Shown here: in pieces, positions 51,324 through 61,319 of the stretch
Numbering within the stretch: the stretch's first letter is position 1
Layout of the letters: the number at the start of each line of letters is the position of its first letter
Assembly (NCBI GenBank): GCA_052148155.1
Contig: JBKQIY010000019.1
Span: 21,964-85,963, forward strand
DNA: 64,000 bases
Source of the DNA: Acidimicrobiia bacterium
GTDB taxonomy: Bacteria > Actinomycetota > Acidimicrobiia > IMCC26256 > PALSA-610
Direction of reading: 5' to 3'
Translations under genes and position numbers: made by a program
The notes under the pieces: model-generated
Seen by the model: only the letters and a program-made list of their open reading frames with translations
What the model was told of the DNA's origin: nothing
Databases searched by the model: none

Positions 51324-51934
51324 AGCGGCAACGAGTGTTCGCAAACACCCCTTCGGCCGTAGCTCGAGCCCGACACTTTGTCGTTCGCCAGCTCGCGGAC
51401 GCGCCCGGTGACGTTGTCGACGAAGTCGCGATCATGGTGTCTGAACTCGCAACAAATTGCGTTCGGCACACCGTGACCGATTTTACGGTCAGCGTGGAAT
51501 ATTCGCGGGGCGAGATTCTGGTCGAGGTGACCGATAGTGGGGGAGGAATGCCGACGGTCCGCCGCCCGGAATCGAGTGAGCCGTCGGGGCGCGGACTGCG
51601 CATCGTGCAGGAGCTCGCCGATTCGTTCGGGGTCAGAGAGCTCAGCGGAGCCCCCGGAAAGACCGTTTGGTTCGTGGTCGCCCTCGACGAGGAGTCCGTC
51701 GAGCCGCCGGTCCGAGAGAGCGAAGTACGCAATGACCCGGCCGCGGGGCCGTCGCGGACGCAAGCCAGCGGCCCGCAACGCCTGCGAATTCACGGTTCGA
51801 ACGACATCACCACGCCGCCCGAGGCGCGCCGGCCGTCGCGGCTGCGAGCGGATTGGCGCGACAGTCCGCAGCTGGCGAGATTCCGTCCGCGGTGCGCGGT
51901 CAGCCGAACTTGCGCTCCCGGCGCACGCAGCTGA
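51320..51934 (+). CDS. anti-sigma factor/Ser kinase (RsbW-like HATPase_c)
   Basis: VSELATNCVRH, EVTDSGGG, GRGLRIV, GKTVWF; low-complexity C-terminal tail. Confidence 0.88.
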   Translation: MKRQRVFANTPSAVARARHFVVRQLADAPGDVVDEVAIMVSELATNCVRHTVTDFTVSVEYSRGEILVEVTDSGGGMPTVRRPESSEPSGRGLRIVQELADSFGVRELSGAPGKTVWFVVALDEESVEPPVRESEVRNDPAAGPSRTQASGPQRLRIHGSNDITTPPEARRPSRLRADWRDSPQLARFRPRCAVSRTCAPGARS

Positions 51935-52349
51935 CTTGTCGTAGCGCCGTTCGGGCGCTGTGAGTCCTCAGCGTGTCGACCGGGCGCCCGTCGGATCCCA
52001 CGACGTCGACCCGGACCGACCGGGCCTGCAGAAGCACGCGACGTGCAGGTTCGGTGTCGGGTACCGCCAGCGTGGTGCCGGCCGACGCGGCGAGCCGTAA
52101 CGCGATGACTGTCCCGACGGCACTGCTGGGCTGCGGCCCGAGAGGGAAACCGACGAGCTCGTTGGTTTCGTCGCGCATCTCGCCGCGTATCGAAGTGAGC
52201 GCGTCAATCGGATCGCCGACCCTGATCGCCTTCGGGTCGACGCCGGTCTGACGGGTCTTGTGGGCGGCGTGGCGCGCAACCGATTCGCGTTCGAAGACCG
52301 CGACCAACCAACCTTGTGCTTCGGGCGTCATCTCCGCTCCTGGGTACAT
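51900..52349 (-). CDS. hypothetical protein (possibly internally deleted) behind a SigF-type promoter
   Basis: GGGAG RBS + ATG 52349; WLVAVFE...IRVGDPIDALTSIRGEMRDE. Confidence 0.5.
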   Translation of the reverse strand: MYPGAEMTPEAQGWLVAVFERESVARHAAHKTRQTGVDPKAIRVGDPIDALTSIRGEMRDETNELVGFPLGPQPSSAVGTVIALRLAASAGTTLAVPDTEPARRVLLQARSVRVDVVGSDGRPVDTLRTHSARTALRQVSCVRRERKFG

Positions 52350-52363
52350 ATCTCCCGGCACTG

Positions 52364-52390
52364 ATACCCGGAGGCGAGTCTTCCGAAACC
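52364..52390 (-). promoter_or_regulatory. SigF/SigB-type promoter
   Basis: GGTTT-N16-GGGTAT. Confidence 0.75.
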
Positions 52391-52699
52391 AACGTTGACG
52401 CAAACGAGCACCTGCCGCTCGCGTTCGTCACCGAGCGTGGCAGCGTCGGGAGGTCGCGCGTGACGCATGCGACGCGCCGAAGAGGCAGACCCGGCCGCCC
52501 CGCATGCTCCCGCCGCCACCGACGGATCCGAGGTGTCGATCTCGGCTGCGCAGCGTTGGCCTCCAAGCGCAGACCGTCGCGCTCCTCAGCGTGACAACTC
52601 AGGAGATCCGGCGACGATGCCGGCGGAATCGAGGGGCCTGGGCGGAGCCCGCCAGACCAGAAACCCTCGTGGGACCGGGAGCAAGCCGAAGCGCCGACA

Positions 52700-52884
52700 A
52701 AGTTGCAGCGACTGCCCCTTGCGTGCACGAACTCACACCGTGGAAGGAAATGGTCGACGTTGTGATCGTCGACGCGCCCAGCCGTACCGGCCTCGGACGA
52801 TTGGGTCTCGGTTCGGTCATTGAACATGTGGTCAGACACGCGCCTTGTCCGGTGCTCGCGGTTCGAGATCGCGAGGACACCTGA
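52700..52884 (+). pseudogene. universal stress protein C-terminal remnant
   Basis: DVVIV...RTGLGRLGLGSVIEHVVRHAPCPVLAVR; upstream part not USP-like. Confidence 0.65.
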
Positions 52885-53213
52885 GCGACGCGGTTATCGC
52901 CGACGGTTTGGGCGAGATGAACCGCGCGGGATCAAAGCCGCCGAGCGCGGCTGGTCGTACGGCGGTTGGCGTTCCCGCACACCGAGGTCCGCCCGATCCA
53001 CCGCAGCTCGTCAGCGAACGTCACCGTCCCGGTATGCGCGCCTTGTGCGTGGGTGACTCATACATCGACGACGAAAAGTGCGGACCCGCCGAGCGGTCGC
53101 GCCGAACGCAGGCGATACTCACAAGCGCGGCAACCACGCAGTCGCCGGAATGGTGTACTCGTGCGTGATCTTGAACCAGCCGCTGTTCGACGTCGATGCC
53201 GGCATGCGTCAAG

Positions 53214-53579
53214 CTATCTGAGGTCGAACACGCGATCGAGACCGGTGATGCTGAGTACCTTCGCGCATGCCGGACTCGGGCGCAGCAACTCGAGCTGTTG
53301 GCCGTGCTCCCTGGCCCGTTCGTGGGCAGACACGAGCACGCTCAACGCAGACGAGTCCATAAAGGTGACACCTGACAGGTCGACACCGACCCGCTCGTCT
53401 CCGACGTCGAGAAGGTCGCCGAGCACACGGCCGAGCGTGACCGAAACCGCGATGTCCAGGTCGCCGCGCACTTCCAAGACGCACAGTTCGGCCCTGTCCC
53501 GCAGGATGAACCCGACCGCGGCGTCCGCGAGGGACGCATCTTCGTCGTCGTGGTCCGTGCGAACGCCATCTGTCGACAT
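53214..53579 (-). CDS. STAS anti-sigma factor antagonist
   Basis: VRGDLDI, VDLSGVTFMDSSAL, ITGLDRVF. Confidence 0.92.
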   Translation of the reverse strand: MSTDGVRTDHDDEDASLADAAVGFILRDRAELCVLEVRGDLDIAVSVTLGRVLGDLLDVGDERVGVDLSGVTFMDSSALSVLVSAHERAREHGQQLELLRPSPACAKVLSITGLDRVFDLR

Positions 53580-53631
53580 CTTGGCCCCCCGGAAGACACG
53601 CGGCTCAGGCCGCTCGTCACGTATCCCGGTG

Positions 53632-53659
53632 TTACCCAACCTGGTACCGCACGCAAACC
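53632..53659 (-). promoter_or_regulatory. SigF/SigB-type promoter
   Basis: GGTTT-N17-GGGTAA upstream of the STAS gene. Confidence 0.75.
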
Positions 53660-53728
53660 TCGCGATTTGTTGCGTGAGCAGGGGAGATCCAGGGTAACCG
53701 TACAGTTGTAGCGACGAAAGGTGGTGCG

Positions 53729-54154
53729 ATGCTTCGATCGCGCCTGGCCAGCGACAGACACAACCACGAACCGCGGAGGCTGGAGTCGAATCATCCGTTC
53801 GTCGAGCTGCGCATCCCCGCAGATCCGGCCTACGTACGCATTGCTCGCCTCGCGGCCGGAGACATGGGTGGCCGTGCCGGCTTCTCCGTCGATGAACTCG
53901 ACGATGTGCGCCTTGCAGTCGACGAGGTCTGCGCGACCCTGATCGCGGCCGGTGGACACCTTCTCGAGCTCCGCATGCAGGCTCGCGATCGAGCCCTCAT
54001 CATCGAGGGCCGAATGCCAGACGCTGTGTCGGTGACGGCACCCTCAGACCTCTCCGAGATGCTGCTTCGCGCGCTCGTCGACTCCTGCACGTTTACCAGC
54101 TGGGATGGGGGCGTCAGCTTCGAGATGCACAAGCTTGCGTGTGAGATTGCATGA
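53729..54154 (+). CDS. anti-sigma factor (RsbW/UsfX-like)
   Basis: VELRIPADPAYVRIARL...ELDDVRLAVDEVC; ATGA overlap with the sigma gene. Confidence 0.85.
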   Translation: MLRSRLASDRHNHEPRRLESNHPFVELRIPADPAYVRIARLAAGDMGGRAGFSVDELDDVRLAVDEVCATLIAAGGHLLELRMQARDRALIIEGRMPDAVSVTAPSDLSEMLLRALVDSCTFTSWDGGVSFEMHKLACEIA

Positions 54155-54927
54155 GCGACGCGGCTCCCTGCACCGACGAGGTTCGTTCCGTGGCCCCCGA
54201 CTTCGGCGAATATCGTCAGACCCACGATCGAGCGCTACGCAATCAGCTCATCGAGCGTCACCTTGGAATCGCGCATCACCTCGCGCGTCGATATCGCCAC
54301 CGAGGAGTCGCCGACGATGACCTTGTCCAGGTCGCGATGATCGGTCTGCTGAAAGCCGTCGAGCGCTTCGATCCCGAACGCGGCACGTCGTTCGCGTCGT
54401 TCGCGACGCCAACGATCCTCGGCGAATTGAGACGGTATTTCCGCGACTCCACCTGGGCAGTTCGGGTCCCGCGACAACTCCAAGAGCGTGTCCTCGCGAT
54501 CAGCGCGGCCGTCGGACCGCTCTCGCAACGGCTCGCGCGCTCGCCGAGCCCGAAAGAGATCGCGAGTGAAACCGGACTCACGGAGGAACAGGTGCTCGAG
54601 GCACTCGAGGCCGACGGCGCGTACGGCACTACCTCGCTCGAACCGGCCGCCGAATCTGGCGGCCGTCCCGACACGACGATGAGGCTCGCCGACGACCCCG
54701 AGACTCGTGCCGAACAGACGGTGGAGCGGCGCCTGCTCGCCTCCGCACTGGTCGCGACGCTCTCTGAACGGGAACGAGACATCGTCGAACTCCGATTCGT
54801 TCGCGGCCTTACCCAGTCGCAGATCGCAGAAGACATCGGCGTCAGCCAGATGCAGGTATCGCGATTGCTCACGCGCGCGCTTGCCACCATGCGGGCGCAC
54901 GCGGCGGAAGCCGCGCCCACCTCGTAA
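54151..54927 (+). CDS. RNA polymerase sigma factor, SigF/SigB family
   Basis: DDLVQVAMIGLLKAVERFDP, PTILGELRRYFRD.TWAVRVPR, TQSQIA..IGVSQMQVSRLL. Confidence 0.95.
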   Translation: MSDAAPCTDEVRSVAPDFGEYRQTHDRALRNQLIERHLGIAHHLARRYRHRGVADDDLVQVAMIGLLKAVERFDPERGTSFASFATPTILGELRRYFRDSTWAVRVPRQLQERVLAISAAVGPLSQRLARSPSPKEIASETGLTEEQVLEALEADGAYGTTSLEPAAESGGRPDTTMRLADDPETRAEQTVERRLLASALVATLSERERDIVELRFVRGLTQSQIAEDIGVSQMQVSRLLTRALATMRAHAAEAAPTS

Positions 54928-55346
54928 GACCCGCCCGACTGTACGTTCCGATTGAGCCCTCGATCGCCGAGGAACGACGGCTGAGTGGTCGTTCCCGAAC
55001 CGATGATGCACAGATCATGACGGAACCGCAAGATGCGCCGCCCGCTGTCGCGTTCGCCGATTCGCCAGACGGCCCTCGAGCGGAGTTCGTCGGAGGGAAC
55101 TCGACGTCGGATGTATCGGACGCTCGCGTGCCACGCGAGCCGTCGCGCACAACTCAAGGAATCGCGTCAGCTTGTCCGGGTGCGCATCATCGAGTCGGTG
55201 AGCATCCGGGAGCCTCTTCGCCGCCGAGGCCTCGCGCCCGGGCCGGAAAACGCTTTGACGTCACCGAGCCGACGCCGAACCTACGTCGAGTCGTCGTCGC
55301 GGCTGCAGCTGGGCTTGGCTCCACCGCCAGGTCCACCCCCGCCAAC

Positions 55347-55373
55347 GGTTTGGCGCTCGACGGCGTCGGGTAA
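55347..55373 (+). promoter_or_regulatory. SigF/SigB-type promoter
   Basis: GGTTT-N16-GGGTAA upstream of GTG 55419. Confidence 0.75.
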
Positions 55374-55418
55374 CCCCAGTACGTGGTTATCACCCCGTTG
55401 TCGGCCTAAGGTCCTTGG

Positions 55419-56396
55419 GTGACCGCGGCCGCGAGCCTGGTGCCTTGTGGGCACGATCACGTGGTCGCGGTCTACGACGTCGATGACGAGCTGGTTACCG
55501 CGGTCGCCGCGTTCCTGAGCGAGGCGCTCGCGCAAGGCGGCGCGGCCGTCGTCATCGCTACCGACGCGCACCGACGTGTGCTCGATGCCGCGCTCGAGGC
55601 CCAGGGACATCCGCTCGAGGTCTTGATCGCAACTGGTCAGTACCGTTCGCTCGACGCGAGCGCCACCCTGGCCGCGTTTATGCGCGACGATCGGCCCGAC
55701 GCCGACAAATTCGCTTCGGTGATCGGAGCGGTACTCGACGAGGTCGCGAGATCAGGCGGACCGGTCCGATTGTTCGGCGAAATGGTCGGGCTGCTGTGGG
55801 AGGACGGGAACCTCGCAGGCGCGATCGAGCTCGAAACACTCTGGAACGACGTCGCTGTCCATCACACGTTCGCGCTCTTCTGTGCGTATGCGATGTCGTC
55901 ACTGGAGACGTCGGGGGATCTTACGGCTGTCAAACGGATGTGTGACCGGCATTCCGGCGTCCTCGCGCTGCACGCCAGCAACTGGCGCGACTGCGACCGA
56001 GTCGTCGCCGCAGGCCGCGAACACTACGTCCGGCTGTTCGTTGCGACACCGACAGTCCTTCGAGAGGTGCGACACTTCGTGCGGGAGGCGCTTCACATCT
56101 GGGGCGACGGCGACCTCGGCAGCACCGCCGAAGTCGTCGCCTCCGAGCTGGCGACCAACGCAGTACAGCATGCCCGGTCGCCGTTCTGCGTCTCGATCTC
56201 GCGATCCTCCGCAGCGATCGGGATCGAAGTGCGCGACACCTCGTTTGACCCTCCCGAACACCTTCGACAAGACGCGGGCCATGCCGGCGGCCGCGGCGTC
56301 CGGCTGATCGCGGCGCTTTCACGCGCATGGGGCACACGCGACGAGGTGGACGGCAAGACCGTGTGGGCCGAAGTAGCCCGAACGTCGATCGGCTGA
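55419..56396 (+). CDS. MEDS sensor domain fused to HATPase_c anti-sigma/kinase domain
   Basis: HVVAVY, VRLFGEMV, AIELETLWN, LFCAY (MEDS); SELATNAVQH, GGRG, GKTVW. Confidence 0.88.
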   Translation: MTAAASLVPCGHDHVVAVYDVDDELVTAVAAFLSEALAQGGAAVVIATDAHRRVLDAALEAQGHPLEVLIATGQYRSLDASATLAAFMRDDRPDADKFASVIGAVLDEVARSGGPVRLFGEMVGLLWEDGNLAGAIELETLWNDVAVHHTFALFCAYAMSSLETSGDLTAVKRMCDRHSGVLALHASNWRDCDRVVAAGREHYVRLFVATPTVLREVRHFVREALHIWGDGDLGSTAEVVASELATNAVQHARSPFCVSISRSSAAIGIEVRDTSFDPPEHLRQDAGHAGGRGVRLIAALSRAWGTRDEVDGKTVWAEVARTSIG

Positions 56397-56475
56397 GACG
56401 CGACGCCAATCGACATCGTGCACGGCAGCCGTGCGCTGAGTCGTGGTGCGGGACTCCCGCACGCACCGCACCCGC

Positions 56476-56868
56476 TCAGCGGGCGTTCATGCTGACTTCG
56501 CACCAGACCGTTTTGCCACCCCGGTGAGGGTCGAGACCCCATCGCGTGGCGAGACATTCGACGATGTTCAGACCCCAGCCACCGTCTCGGGCCGTGGCAA
56601 GATCTGCCTTCGTCGGGAGCTGCTCCGACTGATCTCTCACTTCGACGCGCACCCGACCCGACCCCAAATCGATCGACACCTCGACATCGCTCGCCGCGTG
56701 CCGGACGGCATTGGTGACGAGCTCGGATATGAGAAGGGGGACATCGTTGAAGACGTCGGAGACACCCCAGTTGGTCAGTACCTTTCCGACGAAGCGGCGA
56801 GCGACCGCCGGCGCGGTCGGTGACGGCGGAAGGACACAGGACTCGCGTTTCGGGGATGTCGCGTCCAT
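56476..56868 (-). CDS. anti-sigma factor/Ser kinase (HATPase_c)
   Basis: ISELVTNAVRH, EVRD, GGWGL, GKTVW. Confidence 0.88.
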   Translation of the reverse strand: MDATSPKRESCVLPPSPTAPAVARRFVGKVLTNWGVSDVFNDVPLLISELVTNAVRHAASDVEVSIDLGSGRVRVEVRDQSEQLPTKADLATARDGGWGLNIVECLATRWGLDPHRGGKTVWCEVSMNAR

Positions 56869-57244
56869 ACTCACTCGAGGGGTCGGCCGCTGCGGGAGTG
56901 TGCCCGTCGCGTCGGCCCCGCAAACGAGATCCGGATCAGGATTCGTCCGCACGACCGAAACCGATCCGATCACCCAGTGAGATCCACTAGATGGTATCGC
57001 TGGTGAGCGTGCGTGTCTCAGTACGCGACAGCACGAATCGGTAGACGCACTCTGGCCTGAACGACGACGCGAAGACGCCCGAACAGGTCACGATAATGGG
57101 CTCGAACGCGGCCGATCGGTGCTCTACTTCGTAGATGACGTCGCGCGCTGAACGCCCCGACGCGCGGTCATGTTGAGGCGACTCGAATTCTTGGGGTTGT
57201 CGCCCGATCGACAGCCGACAACCCAGAATTGTGTTCGACTCCCG

Positions 57245-58300
57245 CTAGTTCACCAGCCGACGCTCGGCTTGCGGTGGTGTCAGAGCGGGACGCTCGCAGT
57301 GACCGTCCGGGTGGCGCGCGAAGCGCCCGACATCCGGTCGGTGCACCGGCTCGTCACTGGTCCATGGCCAGCCGCCGAATTCGGTCGCCTGATAGTCGAC
57401 AAAAGCTTGCTCGACGCCGGCTCGGTCGTTCATCACGAACGGACCGCGTTGCACGATTGGCTCCGCGATGGGTCGCCCCTGGAGCACGAGCGCTTCGGTT
57501 CCTGCCGAGCCAGCGATGATCCGAACGGTGTCACCGACACGCAGCCCAGCTCCCGTCGACTTGGCGAGATCGTGATCGCCCACGCGTGCGTCGCCCTCGA
57601 ACACGTACAACGTGCGTCTCGTTTCGGGACCATGGGAGCTTGGTAGGTCGAAGTGGGCGTTTGGCGCGAGCGCGAGATGCCAGATGGCGACGTCGGCCTC
57701 GGGACGAGCGGCCCACGAGTCGGGTGGCGGTGGAGGCGGGCGCACCCCGGCGAGCTCGCCCGCGATGATCGTGATCTGGCTTGTATGACCTTGAGGGTCA
57801 GCGACGAGCAGACGCGGAAGGTCTTCGTTCCACAACATCGTGAACGACGGCTCGACCATCTTGTCGACGGATGGAAGATTGAGCCAGATCTGGAACAATT
57901 CGCATGGGTTCGGGTGCTCGCGGTCGACGAGCGGGAACATCTCCGAGTGCACGATGCCGCGGCCCGCGGTGAGCCACTGCACGTCACCGCGCCCGAACCG
58001 TGCGGTCGCTCCGAGCGAGTCAGAGTGGTCGACTAGGCCTTGGCGCACGAAGGTGACCGTCTCGAACCCTCGATGTGGATGCTGGGGGAAGCCGGGTACC
58101 GACGTTCCGTGGTACATGCGCCATCCGTCGATACCGGCGAAGTCCGAGCCGATCGCGCGCCCGGCAAGGGATGTCGCGGGTCCCAGGTGTTCGTTCGCCG
58201 CGGGGTACACGTCGAAGTGATGTACGCAGAACAAGAACGGATCAGCTGTTGGCCACTGAAATTCGAGCGGTACCACCTGGAGCACCGGATCAGCGACCAC
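57245..58300 (-). CDS. pirin family protein
   Basis: DPFLFCVHH, FPQHPHRGFETVT, GIVHSE, QIWLNLP, GPFVMN. Confidence 0.93.
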   Translation of the reverse strand: MVADPVLQVVPLEFQWPTADPFLFCVHHFDVYPAANEHLGPATSLAGRAIGSDFAGIDGWRMYHGTSVPGFPQHPHRGFETVTFVRQGLVDHSDSLGATARFGRGDVQWLTAGRGIVHSEMFPLVDREHPNPCELFQIWLNLPSVDKMVEPSFTMLWNEDLPRLLVADPQGHTSQITIIAGELAGVRPPPPPPDSWAARPEADVAIWHLALAPNAHFDLPSSHGPETRRTLYVFEGDARVGDHDLAKSTGAGLRVGDTVRIIAGSAGTEALVLQGRPIAEPIVQRGPFVMNDRAGVEQAFVDYQATEFGGWPWTSDEPVHRPDVGRFARHPDGHCERPALTPPQAERRLVN

Positions 58301-58801
58301 TCAAACCTCTGCTCGTGTCAGTTGCGCGAGTGCGACGAGCGCCGCACCCAGGTTGGTTTCGAGTCGGCCGCCACTTTCGATAATGAACCATTCTACCTGG
58401 AGGTTCACGAGGGCGGCTTCGTTGTCGCCGGTGACGCGGTGATCGCACCGGAGTCCGACGACCGGCTTATGTTTCGCGGCCGCGTATCCGATTTCAGCTG
58501 CGGTCCCGCTGTCGACGTCGCAGCCGTCGAGTACTGCCAACACGGCGTTGCAGTCGTCGATGAGCTGAGCGTTGCGCGCGCCAAGGTTCCGGTTGACGGC
58601 GTTCAGCCGTGCCCGGCGCTCGACGCTGCCGGCCGGCAGCTCGAACACGGCGTGAACCTCAGCGTCGATGACCCACGGGTCGAGCGGTACGAACCGCGCG
58701 GCACGAACGGCCGGGACGAGCACCGTGTTGTGATAGAGCCGCCCCGCTTCAGTGAAGCCATGGGGTCCCGCCATGTATATCGACGGCTTGGTGGTATCCA
58801 T
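58301..58801 (-). CDS. nucleoside 2-deoxyribosyltransferase family protein
   Basis: IYMAGP, DVDSGTAAEIGYA, VNL. Confidence 0.88.
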   Translation of the reverse strand: MDTTKPSIYMAGPHGFTEAGRLYHNTVLVPAVRAARFVPLDPWVIDAEVHAVFELPAGSVERRARLNAVNRNLGARNAQLIDDCNAVLAVLDGCDVDSGTAAEIGYAAAKHKPVVGLRCDHRVTGDNEAALVNLQVEWFIIESGGRLETNLGAALVALAQLTRAEV

Positions 58802-58842
58802 CGCGTCAGTGTCGCGCGCGCGACGCAACGTTTCCCGACGGT

Positions 58843-59320
58843 GTGGTCATTGCGCCGACCAAGATCGACGACGCGACCGAACGCGAGATCGTGACTTGGG
58901 AGACATTTGGCCGTCGCGATCAGCGAACTCGCCGCCGAGATCCGCGAAGGACGCGATTCCGTTTCGTATTGTGCTCGCCGTCGCCCGCTGCGGTGTCGAC
59001 GTGGCCGGCGCGCTCGCGTAGGCGCCCGCGGTCAAGAACCCGCGTCGCGATAAATGTGGAGTGCGAGGCGGCTTCGATGAGCGCCTCGACGTTTCGGTTG
59101 GCCGTCCATCGAGGGTCAATCTCGTCGACATTCGCGGCGTGCTGATCGCTGACGATGTCGCCGACATCGGTCAGACGTTCAGCTCGTGCCGAAGAGATCG
59201 TCGGTCGTCGAAAGCGTGTTGCGCGGTGTTGTCCTCCAAGAACTCGCCCGATCGCAGCTGAGTACGGATCGACGTACACGAACGTTGGATCAACTGTCCG
59301 TGGTCGAGGCGGCCGCCGGT
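58843..59320 (+). pseudogene. degraded purine phosphoribosyltransferase
   Basis: Across several frameshifts and a stop: EREIVTWETFG / IVLAVARCG..AGALA* / VKN / INVE / DERLDV / VLIADDVADIGQT (PRPP loop) / WINCPWS. Confidence 0.8.
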
Positions 59321-59354
59321 CGCGGCGAGGGCCAAACACGACGCTCGAGCGTGT

Positions 59355-60482
59355 TCACTCGCCGGTCGAGGGTGGCCGTCGGCCGACGATCCGTTCGTAG
59401 GCGATCGGGTCGGTCGCACCCTCGGTGCACAAGACCAACGCGGTCTGGCCCGCCAAGTCCATCGCGTCTGATTGCGCCACGGCGCGCAACCCGGCGAGCG
59501 AAGCCGCTCCGGTCTCACCCGCGATTACGCCGATCTCGGCCAGGTCGCGCATCGCCTCCTCGGCCGCGCCGTCGCTGATCGCGGCGAACAGATCGACACC
59601 GCGAGACACGGCCGGCCACGCGACGATCGAAACGGTGCCGCAGTTGAGTCCAGCCATGATCGAGTCGTGCGGGCCGGGGACGCATATCGGATGCCCCGCC
59701 TCGACCGAGCGCAGCCCGCCCGCGGCGCTGAGTGGCTCGACCGCGATGATCTGCGCCGTCGCGGAATAATGATCGACGACCGCCGCCGCGAGCGCACCGA
59801 CGCCCATCGGGACCACGACCACCGCAGGCGAAGCCGGAAGCTGTTCGTCGACCTCCGAGAATATCGTTTCGTAACCCTCGATCACGGTGCGCGGCACCTC
59901 GGTGTAGCCATCCCACGAAGTGTCTGACACGACGAGCGCGTCGTCGGTCGCGAGCTCGGCCGACGCCCGCACTGCGTCGTCGTAGGTTCCATTGACGACT
60001 GAAACCACCGCGCCTTCGCCGGTGATGCCGTCAATACGCGCCGACGCGGTTCCGGCTGGCACCAGGATCCGAGATTCGTAGCCGAGGAGGCGGGCCATAT
60101 GTGCGACCGCACGACCGTGGTTGCCGTCGGTGGCGGCCACCAGTGTGAGAGAACCGAGGGGCGCGAACGCGGCTCGGAGCGCCGATAGGTCGCGCCATGT
60201 CGGCTCGTAGCCGAGCCGGGAGACGAGCAGCCGGTACACGGCCCAGGATGCGCCAAGGATCTTGAACGATGGCATGCCCAGCCGCTGCGACTCGTCCTTC
60301 ACCGTCAGCGCCGAGATCCCGAACGTGGCCGCGAGCTCGGGCGCGTCGACGGTCCGCGTAGGCGTGTAGCCCGGGAGCCGGCGGTGGAACGCAGTCGCTG
60401 AATTCTGTTCGCGTGACGGACGGGTACCGCCTCGGCGTTCCCGCGCAGGGTTCCGCAGCAACAGCGGCTCAGCGGAGCGCAT
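59355..60482 (-). CDS. diaminopropionate ammonia-lyase (PLP fold II)
   Basis: KDES.R.GMPSFKILG, ATDGNHGRAVA, SDTSWDGY, MAGLNCG, TEGATDP. Confidence 0.88.
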   Translation of the reverse strand: MRSAEPLLLRNPARERRGGTRPSREQNSATAFHRRLPGYTPTRTVDAPELAATFGISALTVKDESQRLGMPSFKILGASWAVYRLLVSRLGYEPTWRDLSALRAAFAPLGSLTLVAATDGNHGRAVAHMARLLGYESRILVPAGTASARIDGITGEGAVVSVVNGTYDDAVRASAELATDDALVVSDTSWDGYTEVPRTVIEGYETIFSEVDEQLPASPAVVVVPMGVGALAAAVVDHYSATAQIIAVEPLSAAGGLRSVEAGHPICVPGPHDSIMAGLNCGTVSIVAWPAVSRGVDLFAAISDGAAEEAMRDLAEIGVIAGETGAASLAGLRAVAQSDAMDLAGQTALVLCTEGATDPIAYERIVGRRPPSTGE

Positions 60483-61319
60483 GGTCTTCGAGCATGGGAG
60501 CCGATTTCATGAGAAGGGAGCATCCCGCGTCGACATCGGGTGACGGACGAGCGGACGCTACCGGAGTAGTCGACCCTCGTCCTGAACCGCTCTGAGGTAC
60601 GAACTCGAAAAGGAGCTCTTGGTGGAGTTTCGACATCCGCGCGACGGCACTCGTCATCGTGTCCGCGCTCGCGTCGGTCGGCCCTAACGATCCCGACGTT
60701 GACTGCGATGAGCCTCGCCGCGGGAGGCGCCCATCAGCGCGGCTTGTACCGCGGGGCGTTCGGGGGAGATCAGCGCGATCGTTGACCTTGAGACGCGGTG
60801 CGCGTCTCGGTGCGCTCGACGCGTTGACCGTGCGGACGCGGAGCCCGATCGCGACCCTGGCCGTGGCGCGCACGATCTCCGTGCTACCGGTGATGTCGTT
60901 CTCGCGGCCGAGAGCCTTTATGGCGGCGAACTTCATGCGACCGCATCCTGAGGTTTGTCGCGACAGCGACATGAGTGGCCGTCGTGACGTACGACGTCTC
61001 CGAAGTGCTCGCCGAGCGCGTTCCGACGCTCGTCCGTTCCTGCTTCGTTGCGGGGTCGCTCTTTCGGATCGCAGCACGTCCTGGTCGCGTTTCGGCACGC
61101 GGCGATGTGTGTCGTGGACTCGAGTAGCCGTGCTTCCCGTCTTCCCTTGAGATCCGTTGCCGCAGCCGCGTGCGCGGGGGCAACCTCACCACGTCGATCA
61201 TCTCGGATGCCTGCTGGTGGTGGCGTGTGATGAATCAGAGCGTTCGGCTTGCGAGTTTCGAGTCGGCCGCGTAGGTCGCGGGCGCGCACAAAGTCGGAGA
61301 GGATCTCTACGATGGCGGT

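Noticed and set aside
53664-53697. Plus-strand SigF promoter for the anti-sigma/sigma operon (GGGTAA at 53692)
   Set aside because: No matching -35 element at 16-17 bp spacing
60500-61300. ORFs 60469..61098 and 60659..61150
   Set aside because: No motifs; composition typical of non-coding or heavily decayed DNA
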